Shown: positions 24,732 through 37,938 of the stretch, piece by piece
How positions within the stretch are numbered: the first letter of the stretch is position 1
Layout: the number at the start of each line of letters is the position of its first letter
Assembly: GCA_010405405.1 (NCBI GenBank)
Contig: MU004232.1
Coordinates: forward strand, 1,011,481-1,075,480
Direction of reading: 5' to 3'
From: Microthyrium microscopicum
Lineage: Eukaryota
DNA: 64,000 bases
Notes under the pieces: model-generated
Database searches by the model: none
Told to the model about the DNA's origin: nothing
Seen by the model: the letters and a program-made list of their open reading frames with translations, nothing else
Program-made: the position numbers and the translations under genes

Positions 24732-26206
24732 ATGCCTGCCGGAACCCAATACTCGCCCGATGGGCAAGCTGCGCTGGCACTTTCGAAGCTCGCGCCGAGC
24801 AAGCGCATGCATCGAATACGCTCATCATTGTCTTCCTTTACCTTCCGCATTTCCAAATCGACCAAATCCAAGTCCGTTCGTTGCGACAAGTACGTTATCA
24901 TCACTTCCATCGACCTATCCAACAGCTCGCTAATCTGACAGGAACTTGCTCGATCATCTACTAGCGCTACCAGTTGAATTGCGCATTCTAGTCCTTAACA
25001 ATCTCGACATCCAAGATTTGCTATATCTTCGCCTTTCCTCGCGCGCATGCCACCAACTCGTCGATGACAGCGCTCCCGCTCTGGTCCGCCATTATGCTCG
25101 ATCCCTCACCTCCCTCCATCGTCAGCTATATCCACCACCTCCTCCAGATGGTGCCACCTTCCGCTACCTTATTGACAATGAGCATCGCTTGCGTACGAGC
25201 CGTCATCTTGCCTCGGTCATCGCCGACTTTTTCGAAACAGAAATACTGGGTCTTCGATCATCTCGAGCAAAGCGCGTCTTTCGTAAGATTCGGGTTCAGA
25301 TGATCGAGAGCCTTCTCCCACTGTTCTTTACCTTGGGCCACTTTTTTGAGCTTTATCGATGTATGATACTGGAACGAGCTATGGCACAATGGAGACCGGG
25401 TCAGGCATTCCAGATCGCAACGGGTGGTCCAACTTTATGGGACGATCAAGTTTCCATTCTCAATCGATATGATCACATTCTCATGCTAAATTGCTATCAT
25501 GCATACGGGTACCTATTGCAGGTCTTGGAGTGTCAGCTCCGGTACGTACACTTATAGACCTCATGGTCCTTATATTGAGACTTGACTTTACATAAGACTA
25601 ACATTTTGCAGACCTGGTCGACTTGCAAGCATGATGCGCAAAGTCCAACGATTAAACGCCAACCCAGCAAGAACCCGAGAAGTCGAAGTCCTCCTCATGC
25701 TCGGTGGCATGGAACAAGTGGGTCACGTCCTACAAGGCAAATCATTTGGCGCACGACGCAACGCACTAGACACTTTCATCAAGCATCTCAAACCTACCAC
25801 AAATTCAAACTGGCGCATAATGTGGCAAAATTTAGGTGTTGAAAACGAAATTATCAAACTGGACAAAGTCCCAAACTTACGGCTCCGCTTACCAGCGTTG
25901 CACTTGGTCTGGGTCCCAAGTGCATTGAAGCTTCTTCTGTGCAACAAGATTATCGACCGAGTCGATTTCAACACTGAGACGGCGGCTGTGAGTACACCCG
26001 GAGATTTTGTGTATGATTTGTTGGGATTGGATTATGATCAGTTATGGGTCCCGAACGATCTGGATGACGACGATGCTGACGATGCGGCTGGTTCGGCTAT
26101 CCCCGTGAGGAACGATAGTGTTCAGCATAGTCTTGTGAGTGATGGCGATGCTGAGGTGTCAGATGCAGGACAGACGGTTGAGAACTGTGTTGTACGAGTG
26201 GCATAA
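24732..26206 (+). CDS. F-box domain protein
   Basis: F-box LLALPVELRILVLNNLDIQDLLYLRLSSR. Introns 24890-24941 and 25542-25611 join three ORF segments in frame. Confidence 0.85.
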
Positions 26207-28764
26207 TTCGATGAGTCTGTGAGGTTGACATGGAGACCGATGATTTATTTGTTTACGAATTAGGATACCCCTTATGCGAATGTATTTGATAAGTCTCTTA
26301 GGCAATGAAATCAAACTACTACATAATTGATGCCTCATGGTCAATATCTCCAAAATTACGATGCACAATCTACGTAATCCCACCGCCTCAGAAAATTATT
26401 CTCAGGCTGTAATTGTGATGCTCTATCGCCCTGTTCATCGAGATACCCACCTGTCATCGAAATATCCAGCTGCCATTCATATAACTGACGGGATCATCCA
26501 CGTAGCAAATCAAACTGGACAGTGAATGCTCCAAGCGTGATGTCGTTCATCAATATCGAAATATAGGGTACCGTGGCCTGGCTACGTACATTTAGTTACC
26601 AGCTCATTGATCTAGATAATCGAGGTTGCAGGGCAAGGCTGAGACAAAAAGCACTTGCATGTAGAGTAACTTGACCTTGTGGATGGTCTTTCACATGTTT
26701 TTTTATCGTGACAGAGAGGATGGTTCTGGATCCTTGGATGGTTGATTGACCACTCACTGAGCTGGTAATTATCATTTTGACGATCTGGATTAGCTCCCCT
26801 AGTTTTGATGTCGATGCTGAAGCACTATTTGATAAAAATGTAACTGATGGTCCGCTAGAAATTTGATAGTTTGGTAGGTATTTTGTGGATTTTCGCCACA
26901 AGGTAACAGAGCCGCATGATTCTTGGATTCCTAACCTTTTTCATATTCTAGAAGATTGAGTATTGAGATGTGCGGAGCCACGCGGCAGATGATCTCCGTT
27001 CATACCATTCATACGGGGCGCGCGGACATGCGGAGCAAGTGAAGCCGGTATTTTCTCGCGTGGTTCAATTTCACGATACGCAGGGCGGAAAGGGGATTGT
27101 TTGGTTTTATGGACTGTGCGTGATGTTGTTCGATTGAATAATGGATGGAGGCCCGAGGGAAGTGGTGATGTTTGGCAGGGATTTTGAGAGGCTCGCGTGT
27201 GAAGGTGCAGGGTCTTGGATATTTCATGTTGAGCTGTGCTATTACGGAATTGGTATGCATTCAGTTGCTGTGGTTGGTACTCTAGGTCTAGAAGTGGTGC
27301 GGTACTTGTCACTCGGTATATGATGATGTATCAAGTACCGGTACCAGTTTGAAACTTGCAGATGACAGCTGAAAGAAAGGGTCTACCTACGGAGACGATT
27401 CCGTAGATGGTTCGGAAATAGACTTTTTGACGGAAGCGTTCTGCGGGTAGCAAGTATCGTTAGTCTCTTGTTCTGAGTTTGACATAAAGTGACCGGTAAC
27501 AGACGAGTTCACTTTAGTGGTCTAGATCCTTCGATATGCATTCTGTAGACTAAAACAACGGGTTTTCAGCAACCCCGTCTCTGATCAGACCTAAGATGTA
27601 TCGTCGTGAAAGGTAGCGTGCATGTTTAGGTACATGCGATGCCAAGGCCAAGCATATAATTGAATCATTAGCACTAAGGCAAGGCAAGGCAAAAGCCGGG
27701 GGAGAATGCAAAGGCAGGCAAGATTTGCCGTATAGGGACTAGGAATGATTGATGGATAATCATTTATGTCCCCGCTGGTTGGACTGTTCTCTATGGTTTA
27801 AATGGTATTGTGGTCCTGTGGAGGAGTGGTTGATGGAGAGATGGCGCATGCGCATTCCGCAACCGAACTTATCTATTCATTGACAGGCATAGGTTGTCCC
27901 ATGTTTGGTATTTGCAGGTATCATTTTGTCGATACTTATCTTCCAGCAGGGTGTACTGCATAATAGCATGTATACTGTTTTATGGGTAGGTTGTTAATTG
28001 CAAGTAGTATCTTAGGTTTCTAGATTGCAGACGGGAGGATCTTGTCGCTTTCGTTCAAAGATGAGGCGAGTTCTCGAAGTCAGACAAGCTGACGAGGTCA
28101 CTTTTCCCAGATCTCCAAACATTAACAGCACCGATTTCTTTAATATATCGGTGGCTATCTCTCCCATCGTACTTGCCTTTTGTCTTTAACTTTACTAGAC
28201 ACTGTCTTTTATATCATCTTCTTATAAACCTGCTATCCCTGAGTAGGTATTGTGTAATTCCTACTCACACCACAAAGGGTCCATCTAGTGGTCACTCCTG
28301 TTTTCGGACACAGAAGTTGGCATTTAGCACTTTCCACTTAGCACTAGTTGCACGCGACCGTGTATCGGAGGCTCCTTCACTCCTTGGCTCCTGCTGCGCA
28401 TCGTAATAATCCGGCCGGAATCTCATCCCGTGTCGCTCTTGCCTTGTTGTGCCTGCGTCTATCTGACGATCCCCCTCCCTCTGCCTACTACTGCTCCTTA
28501 GTCAGACTGTCTAGGTCTCTTAGCCTCTCTAGCACAAAATCACCACCACGCCATCATCGCCTAATTACTTCACCGCAACATCCTCTCCCCCACACGCCCA
28601 TCGCCTTGCCAGCTACATTCACCACCTAAAGAGTCCTCAATACTGCTGATTCTCTTTCCTTTTCACTCCTCTCACTCACTATCCATCCTTCCTTTTGAGC
28701 TTTTGAATCCGCAACTATGTCTGTGGTTTAAGCTTCTTCTACGCCAGCATCCCAACAAGGGAAC

Positions 28765-30130
28765 ATGGACTTCATAGTAAGCACTCTCCTGCGCTGACTA
28801 CACTCATACATCCTGACCATATTGACCTCAATAGGTTTCTCTCGCTCACTTTTGCGAGACTCATGGTCCCACCACCGTCCTCTGTACTCAACTCTCTCCC
28901 ATATCCTGTCGATCCTGCTTTCCCGTATCCCTTACTCCTTCAAACGAATCCCTATCCAAAAATGGCTCCTTTTCAAGTGGCTTTTGGGATCCTCCATCTC
29001 CCGTCGTAACTCCAGGAACAGGTCCTCTATTTTCTCCCTTTACCTCTCCTCCTACTAGTCCGAGATCGCCCAACGCTGGCTACAATCCTTATTTTGGAAA
29101 CTTCCCCAGTGATGCGGCGAGCGCACGTCGTCTTAGTTTCAGCTCAGAGGCGGATGGCGATGCATGTGATAGCTGCAACTTGATTGTTCCCAAGAACAAA
29201 GTAAAAGGCTTATCTGAGGGTGATCAAAGTCCCATGAAGCAACCGCGCCGTCAAACCAGTAGCACTGTGCTTCGATCTATACATACAATAGCCGCTTATG
29301 GCTCTGCTCCTGGTCCAAATACCAAAGAAGAAGACGAATCAAGTCCAGAAGATACCCCAACTTGGCCAAGTTCAAGATATGGAACTTCTCCAGAAGGATC
29401 TCAAACCTCGGCTGCTGGCTCTAATGGTTCTAGTCCAATCTATCAAACGCCAAACACTCACATCCATAACCTCACATACGTAACGCGACGGCAACCCGAA
29501 TCACAATCTCTTTATTCTCGACTTCGACATTCTTGTGTCCGTACACTCACTAGCGAAAGTCTTCCTCGAGGTTCTCCCTGTGGCGCGTTTTCCTTTGGAG
29601 ATCCAATAGCTGGTCATACAATCGCATACATCTTTCGACTACGAGATCCACGAGCTCGTGGTAAACGTCGGACGTACGCTCTTACCGCTCTTGTTGGTGA
29701 CAATTGCAGAGCTATGGCTGCCTTTGTACCAATCACCAAAGCTTTTGAAGCTATTGCAAACTCAATCAATAACATGGCAGATCAAGTTCTTGAGCGAGAA
29801 TCTATCCTGCTTAATCGACCAAGTGTTGACTATCCACAAACACCACCATTGAGTGCAAGTTTGCCTATGCAACCTACAAGTCCGACATCACCTAGCGGAG
29901 ACCGTTCCAGAACCAGCACTAGTAGCCCTGTGTCAGACGTTCGCCTTGCGGAACCAAGTTCCTTCTTGACCGCAAAGAAGATTGACCCGTTCGGATTTCC
30001 CAGGATGTCAAGAGATGCCATGCGTCCTAAAGGATTACCAGAAATCGTTGGAAGGGAAGACTTCTTTGCAGATTTACATGTCAAGTTCTGTCATATCCTA
30101 TATGAGCTGGTGACAAAGATGCCGAGATAA
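28765..30130 (+). CDS. LST7: Folliculin/Lst7 longin-domain protein (Rag/Gtr GAP subunit)
   Basis: A 12-nt first exon plus intron 28777-28834 gives MDFIVSLAHFCETHGPTTVLCTQ. Also LRHSCVRTLTSE, FGDPIAGHTIAYIFRLRDPRARGKRRTYAL and GLPEIVGREDFFADLHVKF. Confidence 0.9.
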
Positions 30131-30653
30131 AGCATCCTTCTCTTTCCTTGTTTTTGCGCTTCCGTTTTGTCGTTTTTGCATTGATTTATCTGGTGGAGTA
30201 TTTGTTTTCGGGTGGTATGGCGTTCTTCGATGCCTGTTTTTTTGCTGTTCAATACCTTGGCTTCTAGCGGTTTATCGTGACTTTTATGTTGCCAAGTTTT
30301 GTTCTTTGGCCTTTTTATACCCTTACATCAAGATACCCCTTTTCTTTAATCGAACAACAACAGCAACACGAATACACCGAATATAGATCTGCTTTCTAGA
30401 GCAGAAAGTCAGGCTGTTTGCAAACACACAATACCAGGTAAAGGGGCACCAGGAGCATTTGGGATCTAGGATCTGGGCTTGGTTGATGGTAGATTTTGTA
30501 AGATATATTTGTACAGTTATGCAGGATTGCGCGAGGAACGACTTATAATGATGTACCATGAAAATGCAATATGCAATTATTCCCTCAAGTTGAATGAGCC
30601 TCGCCTGTTTTCGTGATCGTTAAAACGTCTTCTTTCATTCCCCTCCATATTTT

Positions 30654-30959
30654 CTAACTTGGCGGTATCCGTCCTTTCACCAAGTGTTCTGCATCTGTTT
30701 CTTGCGCTTCATTCCGTGCTTCTTGAACCATGTTATCTATTCCCCGATCTTTCAGTGCGCGCGTTAGACACGCTGAGTATGTGCGGAAGAGGGAGTCGCA
30801 GTCGTTGGTTTGCGCGCTGCCGCGCAGGAATTTATCGGAGTACCAGCGCAGGAAGCAGGTGTCGTATCTTCTGTGGGGGTGGTTAGTGGTTGCATGTGAA
30901 GATTTGGGGGGGTTGTACTCTTTTGATTCGTTGCATTCGGGTGCTAGGGAGGCTGACAT
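30654..30959 (-). CDS. MDM35: Mitochondrial distribution and morphology protein 35 (twin CX9C)
   Basis: MSASLAPECNESKE|RYDTCFLRWYSDKFLRG...CDSLFRTYSACL, with one 48-nt intron. Confidence 0.93.
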   Translation of the reverse strand: MSASLAPECNESKEYNPPKSSHATTNHPHRRYDTCFLRWYSDKFLRGSAQTNDCDSLFRTYSACLTRALKDRGIDNMVQEARNEAQETDAEHLVKGRIPPS

Positions 30960-31309
30960 GATTTTGGCTATGAGGACGATTTGGCCATGGAAAGGGAGAG
31001 GGAGAATTAAAAGAAATAGGCATCGATTTGGAGATCAGGAAAGTCCTCGTGTGACGTCGCTTAGACCGCGGTTAGGCGGGTGGCGCGTGTGCTCGAGCCT
31101 CTGCACCTCCTAGCTGCAGGCTGTAACTTGCATATCAAAATTTATTTATTTTCCTTTTCTAACTTGCAGTTTCACACCTCTTCTTACCAACTCGAGCCTT
31201 GGACAACTCCACACTCATCCACAACTTGAAAGATATTATCGGGCCGGAATAGAAAGAGCTGCGATCAAGGCATTACTTGTAGAATCTTTGCGCAATCGCG
31301 TATCAGATC

Positions 31310-34183
31310 ATGGCCATGGAGCCCGAGGATGATTTCAGCGCAATGCAAAAGCGCATCACCAATGCGCTGGTCGCGACAACTCGTTCTACCACCCAAGTCT
31401 GCGCTGAGGATCTGGCTTTCTATAGATCTATTGACCCTGCGATTGCCAACGGACTGGACGTTCAACATGCGCGACTACTTGCACTTGCTGAAAAGCTACT
31501 TGCCAATGGCGCTGCAGGTACTGCGATACCTCGCCCCAAACTACCGGATGGTGATTCCCTGGAGACCAATTGGCGCGGCGTTGTTGATGTGATAGATAGA
31601 CTGCTAGAGCGGACTGATACATGTCTGGATGAGTTCAAAGGTGCTCTGAAAAAGGCTCCAGAACAAGTCGCTACGTCAACAACAACATCAGCAGCACCAG
31701 GACATACCACATCCTCCACTCCATATCAAGGAAAGGTACCTCGGAATCTCAATATCATCAAGCCCCAGCGCTTCTTCGAAGAACCACCCAACAACAAGGA
31801 AACCGGCGCCTTCAAGCCCCTCCTCACCTCCAAGCCACATGCCATTGTACCACTGGAAGAAAGTCTGCGACATCAAAGTCCATTCAACATCCAGACGGGT
31901 ACCGAACAGTATGACACTACATTTTATTTATCCACCTATTCTTCTTCTCCCCCCACGATCCAGCTACTAATTGACCAATGTATTAGATATGAGCATCCTT
32001 ACAAAGTTGAGATTGAGCAATATGCGTACCCAAGTTTTGTTACTGCGGCTGCTGAGCCTACCCCTTATCTTGATTATGAGAGCACTAGTGCGACTTATGT
32101 GGACACTTTGGAGGGTTTGGATGAAATGTTGCAGGAGTTGAAGCAGGCGAAAGAAATTGCGGTTGATCTTGAACATCATGATTTAAGATCTTATATTGGT
32201 ATTGTTTCTTTGATGCAGATTTCTACACGGAACAAGGATTGGATTATTGATACTCTCAAACCATGGCGACGACGTCTTGAGTGTCTCAATGAAGTGTTTG
32301 CAGATCCAAATATCCTCAAGGTAATTCAATTTCCTCACCATCCACAAGATGTGGCTAACAACTTATAGGTATTCCAAGGAGCATATATGGATGTTATTTG
32401 GCTCCAACGCGACCTTGGTCTTTACCTGGTCGGGCTCTTCGACACTCACTTCGCCTGTCGAGCTCTCAAATATCCTGGAGCGAGTCTCCAATATCTCCTC
32501 AAACACTTTTGCAACTACGATGCTCAAAAACAATACCAAATGGCCGACTGGCGTATCCGTCCCATCCCCACGGAAATGCTCTCCTATGCTCGTTCCGATA
32601 CCCACTTCCTTCTCTACATTTACGACAACATGCGCAACGAGCTACTCGAAGCTAGCAGTCCAGAAGAAGATCTTCTCCAAGACGTTCTTCAACGATCAAA
32701 GGACTGCACACTCACCCGCTACGAGAATCCAATATATGACTCTGAACGCGGTCTAGGTGCCAACGGATGGTATCGACTATTGCAGCGTACACCAACCATG
32801 TTCACCAAAGAGCAATTCAGTGTCTACCGCGCAGTGCATGCCTGGCGCGATGCTACAGCTCGAGAGGAAGATGACAGTATTAACTTCATCCTTAATAACC
32901 ACAACGTCATGGCAATCGCTCGAGAAATGCCGCTTGATCGCGAGTGGATGCTGAAAATCATTCAGTCTGTTTCACAGCCGGTCAAAATGCGCATCGATGA
33001 GTTGGTCGCTGTTGTCCGCAAAGCCAAGCAGGATGCTGGACCGGAAATGATGGATGTTATGAAGCAGATTGAGAGTCTTGACATTAGTGGTAAACCTGCG
33101 CCGAGTAAGACTCATGGGCGTCAGGCAGTTCCTGTGCCGGTGAAGGAAACGGCAAAGGATGGGCAGAATCAATCGGCTTTTTTGACACCGCCGGTGCTTA
33201 AACGTGCGGTTGAACGGCTGAAGAGTTCGCAGCTTTGGGGGAGTATGTTTCCGTCAAAGCAGTCGAATGGTGCACGACCGGTCATCTCGATGCCGTTACC
33301 TATGCCAGCCGTCACGGCGGAGATTTTTGAGGGGTCCAAGACTGCTCCTGATAGTCCGGCTCCTCAAGTTGAGCATGCATATGTGCCAGCTGCTCAACGT
33401 GCTGCACCGCAAACAGATGATGTGTTTATCATCAAAGGCTCAAAGGGACACAAGCGGAAGCTATCAGAAGTGCAAAAAGACGCTGCCGCAAATACCCCCC
33501 CTGATCCACAGCTAGGCGGCGAAGAAGAAACACGACTCTCCAAACGCCAGCAAAAGAAAGCCGAGCGCAAGCAGGCCAAACTAGACAAAAAACGCGAAGC
33601 AGCCGGCTTTTCCCAACAAGCAGACGAAATGCAACTCGACGCCACCTCCGACATTGACGATGCCATCATCAGTGACCGCGGCGTGCCAGACAGCCGTGCA
33701 GGCAGCGAAGACGGAGAAATTGAAGACGATGACGATAAAGACGATGAGGAAGATTACGAACCCAGCCTAACCCTCCCCACCGCAAAAGGCCAACTCTCTG
33801 CACGAAAACAAGCCAAGGCAGCGTTCAAACTCGCCGTCAAACAAGCGTATGGGCGCGTCGGCGCCCAGTTGGCCGCTTTACCACCGTCCCGCAGTGAGGA
33901 GGAGAAGATGGATCGCAAACTTGAGCGTACGCGTTTGAGGAAAGAGGCGAAGGAGCAGACGAAATTGCTCTTCCCGGCTCTATATCCGCCAGAGTCGATT
34001 GACTATGCGGCGCAGCCATCGTTGATAGTTGGCACGGAGGAGCAGGGCGGTAAGAGAAAGAAGAAGGACAAGGGTGGTGTTAAGAAGGCGGTGTTTGATG
34101 TTTATAATCGGGCGATGGATGCGCCGAAGGGACTTGGGCGGGCGCAGAAGGGGCAGGGGAAGACTACGACTTTTAGTAAATGA
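31310..34183 (+). CDS. RRP6: Nuclear exosome 3'-5' exonuclease Rrp6
   Basis: PMC2NT-like N-terminus, DEDDy motifs (AVDLEHH, MDVIWLQRD, YARSDTH), HRDC region and Lys-rich tail. Introns 31909-31986 and 32321-32368. Confidence 0.96.
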
Positions 34184-35321
34184 GGGTCTTGTGAGAAGGA
34201 TTGGGGGATGGTGTTGGGTGCTGTGGATGGAGGTTATACCCTGATGGCTTCCTGATGGTGGAGGTTATGTTGTTATAGATTGATGGCTACGGTAGATATG
34301 GTAGTCGTGAGAGGTTGCTTTGAAGCAGCTTGAATGGATGTTGATTATTGATTCTTGACTTTTGTACATCTCGCTGCATTTGTTGGAATGAAGTCTAGTG
34401 ATCGCACTATTACCATACATATCTCATTCGATTGTTCTGTTCGCCAGGCTCTTTATCTTCAGCTGTATGTTTGCTATTTCTCTCTTGGTAAGCGGGTTTC
34501 ATTCTCTAGTCATCTGAATTGTCAACACTGTCAACTCTGCACATTTGTTGACTCTTAAAGTGAGCCAACTCAGACATTCCACGATTAGAGACTTATATCA
34601 ACCCAAGAAACTATTGTACAGTTTCGTCTCCATCTCGCTGTACGGAATCTATAAGAGGATGGTAGGAGAATACCATGCTGTCTTTTCTGACTTCTCAGCA
34701 CTACTCACGATTGACGGCTTGCAACCCCCTCAGCTATAAGTCAATGAAACTCGACATCATAAAATGCGAAGAAAGCATCATCCCCCTTGGAAAAATGTTA
34801 GTAGTTGCGACTTTGGTGGGCGGCTAGAGTATCAAATGATCAGCTTTAGGAAGCTCTACATTTTCGTCCATTGCACATTCAGAGGTCTATGTTTAGCGAT
34901 TCGCACGTTGCTAGATGTCGGAACTTTGACCTGCTCAGACCACTGAAGAACAATGCTCGCTCGGGGAACTGTATACATATTGTATATGAAAGACGATGGC
35001 AGCCATCGAGTATGATAGGATCATATTGTCAGCATCAAGCTCCGCCATGTATTTTAAATATCAAACGCTGGAGCGCCAAGTCGACCTGAGTTGAGAGCAA
35101 GGCTCCTGCCTTTTGATATTCTGCTCCTTCCCTCGCACACTTGACTCCTTCCTTCCAGTATCGTCGCTCCTTACTCTTGCAGACGATGCTACTTCCTTTC
35201 TGTTATAGTCCCAAAGTATTGCGTAATTGAATTTCTTGTTACCTTGGGCTGAGTCTTGCAAAGTGTTTGTTCATGTTTCCCTCCGTACTTTCACGATTTT
35301 CAAAAGGCTTGTTTTTTGCAA

Positions 35322-35959
35322 ATGAATGTCAATAACGACGCCCACGCCAACAATGGCATAAACCAGCAGCTGCAACACCAGCAGCAGCAAGAGCAGAACG
35401 TGCGGCTATGTCACAATTGCCAAAGTCCTGGGCACCTCGCTCGCGACTGCCCACGTAGGTTCCTTTAAAGACTGAACAGTGCTTTCCATAGCAATGATCT
35501 AATCATATAACTGTAGAACCGCGTGTCCCACTCGATAATCGTGGACCAACTCTTGGAGCGCCTGCGACCGCTCAGCTTACTGCTTTACTACAGGCGAATG
35601 TTGCGCGTTCGGTTGCGCGTTTGGATCGGGCTCTGGGGAGCAATCTCCAGGCGCTTCGAGACTGGCAGGCGGTACTGATCCACCAAATGGCTTATACTGA
35701 GATGAGTATCTGAAGAGTTCGACTAATAGAGCCATCAAAGAGACCAATAACTTCCGCCCAATTTCATGCCGCTTTGCGGGCAAATGTGGTTGTGGCTCAG
35801 GCCGACACGCTGGCCTTCACGGCTGCTGTCCAAGTATGTGTACCACTTTTATTGACTGGAAATGATCTGATCACATCGTAGCCAGGAGGAGGAAGAAGAA
35901 GAAGACGGGGACGACGGGGACGAAGAGGAAGAAGTGGGAATGGTGTTACTCCACCATAA
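35322..35959 (+). CDS. Small Q-rich CCHC zinc-knuckle protein with an Arg/Gly-rich tail (copy 1), 4 predicted exons
   Basis: Knuckle CHNCQSPGHLARDC. Predicted introns 35455-35516, 35672-35740 and 35834-35881. The last exon reads PGGGRRRRRGRRGRRGRSGNGVTPP*. Confidence 0.6.
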
Positions 35960-36638
35960 ATTGTATCAGTCACATAAACTGTATCATTAAGTTCAATAAT
36001 CTAGTGCCAACATCATACCCGGCAAAGTCTCACCATCTCTCTAATGTGGCTCTTCGCACCCATGAGTGTTTTTAGCGACATTTTGATTGACACCGTGCTT
36101 CATTTAACTTCCCTTCTACTTGCTATATTTTGTTATCGAGTATCGCCTCGCCCATCAAGTTCGTATTGAACGAGGTACTTATCGACTGCAATTGAAAAGG
36201 TTCGTTCTGCTGAGCCAAGGTTTTGTTCATCAGCAATATGAGTCAATAAGGCTTTGTCTAGGTCGCGTGGTATAATGAGCTCTGTATTTTGAGTTATCTT
36301 TGCTAGGGGAGTTTTATATAGCACATATCTCGTTCTGTTGGCATACTGCTTATATAGCTCTCTAATAAAGTATCAGAGCCCCTTCAGAGATGGTGCTGAT
36401 ATATTTTCTTTCTTGCATTGATTTTTCCTCATCGTGTTCCATCATTCACCTACAACTTCGAGACCTTCAGTAGCCGCTCACCTGCCATGTTTTGCTATCT
36501 TCTTTCTATGATATGCGTGTCTTTGTGTTGAGGCAAACACGTAGGCTGGGGGAGGTTTCCATATGATCATATTCGTAGATCGCTCTTACTCTTTGAGCCA
36601 AGATCCCATATCACTTGACTACCAGACAGAGACGAATA

Positions 36639-37412
36639 ATGGTGAATACCAGCCCCTCTAATACAGGGGGCAGTGATAGGAGCAATCTTCCTCGACAAGC
36701 AGCACTCTCAGATCAACAGCAGCAATCACATCAGCAACAACAGAGCCAGTCGCAGCAGAGGCCGCCGCCACAGAACCAACAGCATCAGCAACGAAGACAC
36801 CGTCCACACCGTCCACACTGTAGAAACTGTCGGTCAAGAAACCATACTACCATCAACTGCCGCCGTAAGTCTGGTGGTAGCACAAATCAGATATGAAGCT
36901 GACATAGCACCATAGACCTGCGACCCTGTCGCAGAGGTCAAAGTGGACGGCAGCGACAGGCTACGACGCCCCAATTTGCTGCCTTACTGCGGGCGAACGC
37001 AGCCGTGGCTCAACAAAACTACCAGGCTTACATGGCCTCTGTTCTGGTATGTGTCAAGTGTCCTCTATTGTGTAACGTAAATATAGCTAATCCTCTTGAG
37101 CCTGTAAATGGTAGAGGAGGACGCCAAAGTCATATTGGAGCAGCGCAAACAGGTCAGAGACCTCGACAAACAACACGACGAGGTGCGGTAACAAATAGTC
37201 GTGGACCAGTCGCTACATTGAATGGCCAGCGGGCTCTAACTCCAATCAATGGGCCTACTGGCACGCTTCCTCCGAACAGCAATGGTTTTGGTGCAGACAC
37301 TGGTGCTGGTGGTGCTGATGGTAATGGTGCTGTTAGTATTGGTGATGCCGCTGGTGCTGTTGATGGTTATGCTGATGCTGCGAATGTATCTACTCAGCGG
37401 CCACCTCAGTGA
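36639..37412 (+). CDS. Small Q-rich CCHC zinc-knuckle protein (copy 2)
   Basis: Poly-Q tract, then CRNCRSRNHTTINC. Intron 36865-36915, then ATTPQFAALLRANAAVAQQ. Probable intron 37047-37100 with an unusual GAG acceptor (in frame whether spliced or not). The 3' end is uncertain. Confidence 0.55.
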
Positions 37413-37938
37413 GAGTGAGATGCAGGGACCAGCTTGGTCGTGATGATAAAGCCATGCTGATTGTGGGCGCTTCTATTGTGGCCAAAGTCGATGGTATTAC
37501 TTCACAATCACTGATTACAGAAATGAAATGACTGTGACCAACCCTTTGATGCCAATAGCCGATTCGTTAATAGTACTATCATAATAGAACGTAGTGGTTA
37601 TTTTGTGAGAGCAAGAGTATTTGAAGAGCATTCTTGCGTTGAATGGCGAAGCAAAGCGGCCTCTTCCATATAAGAATGGGGTTTCGAGACAACAGTGTCA
37701 TATCTGGTCACTGTAACATCTCCAAGGAATGACCACGTTTTCGCACATTTCAGCCTTTTCATAATAAGACACCGCCACAGAGCTAATATCAGGTAGCATT
37801 TACCAAGCGGCGCACAAGGGTATCCGTGACGATCCCTTCAGCTCCATGACCTAGTTACATTGCGCATTAGTTCTCCCATCATGAGTTCTGGACTATCGGG
37901 ATCTCTCGGAAATTGACCAGAGATAATATTTCTGAGAT

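Noticed and set aside
27318..27373. ATGATGA...CTGA as a possible box C/D snoRNA
   Set aside because: Too short (~55 nt), with no terminal stem or recognisable rRNA guide.
27676..27693. (AAGGC)n short tandem repeat; also a near-duplicated 18-mer at ~35954-35989
   Set aside because: Too few copies to be meaningful. No spacer-repeat array, LTR, TIR or transposase seen anywhere in the window.
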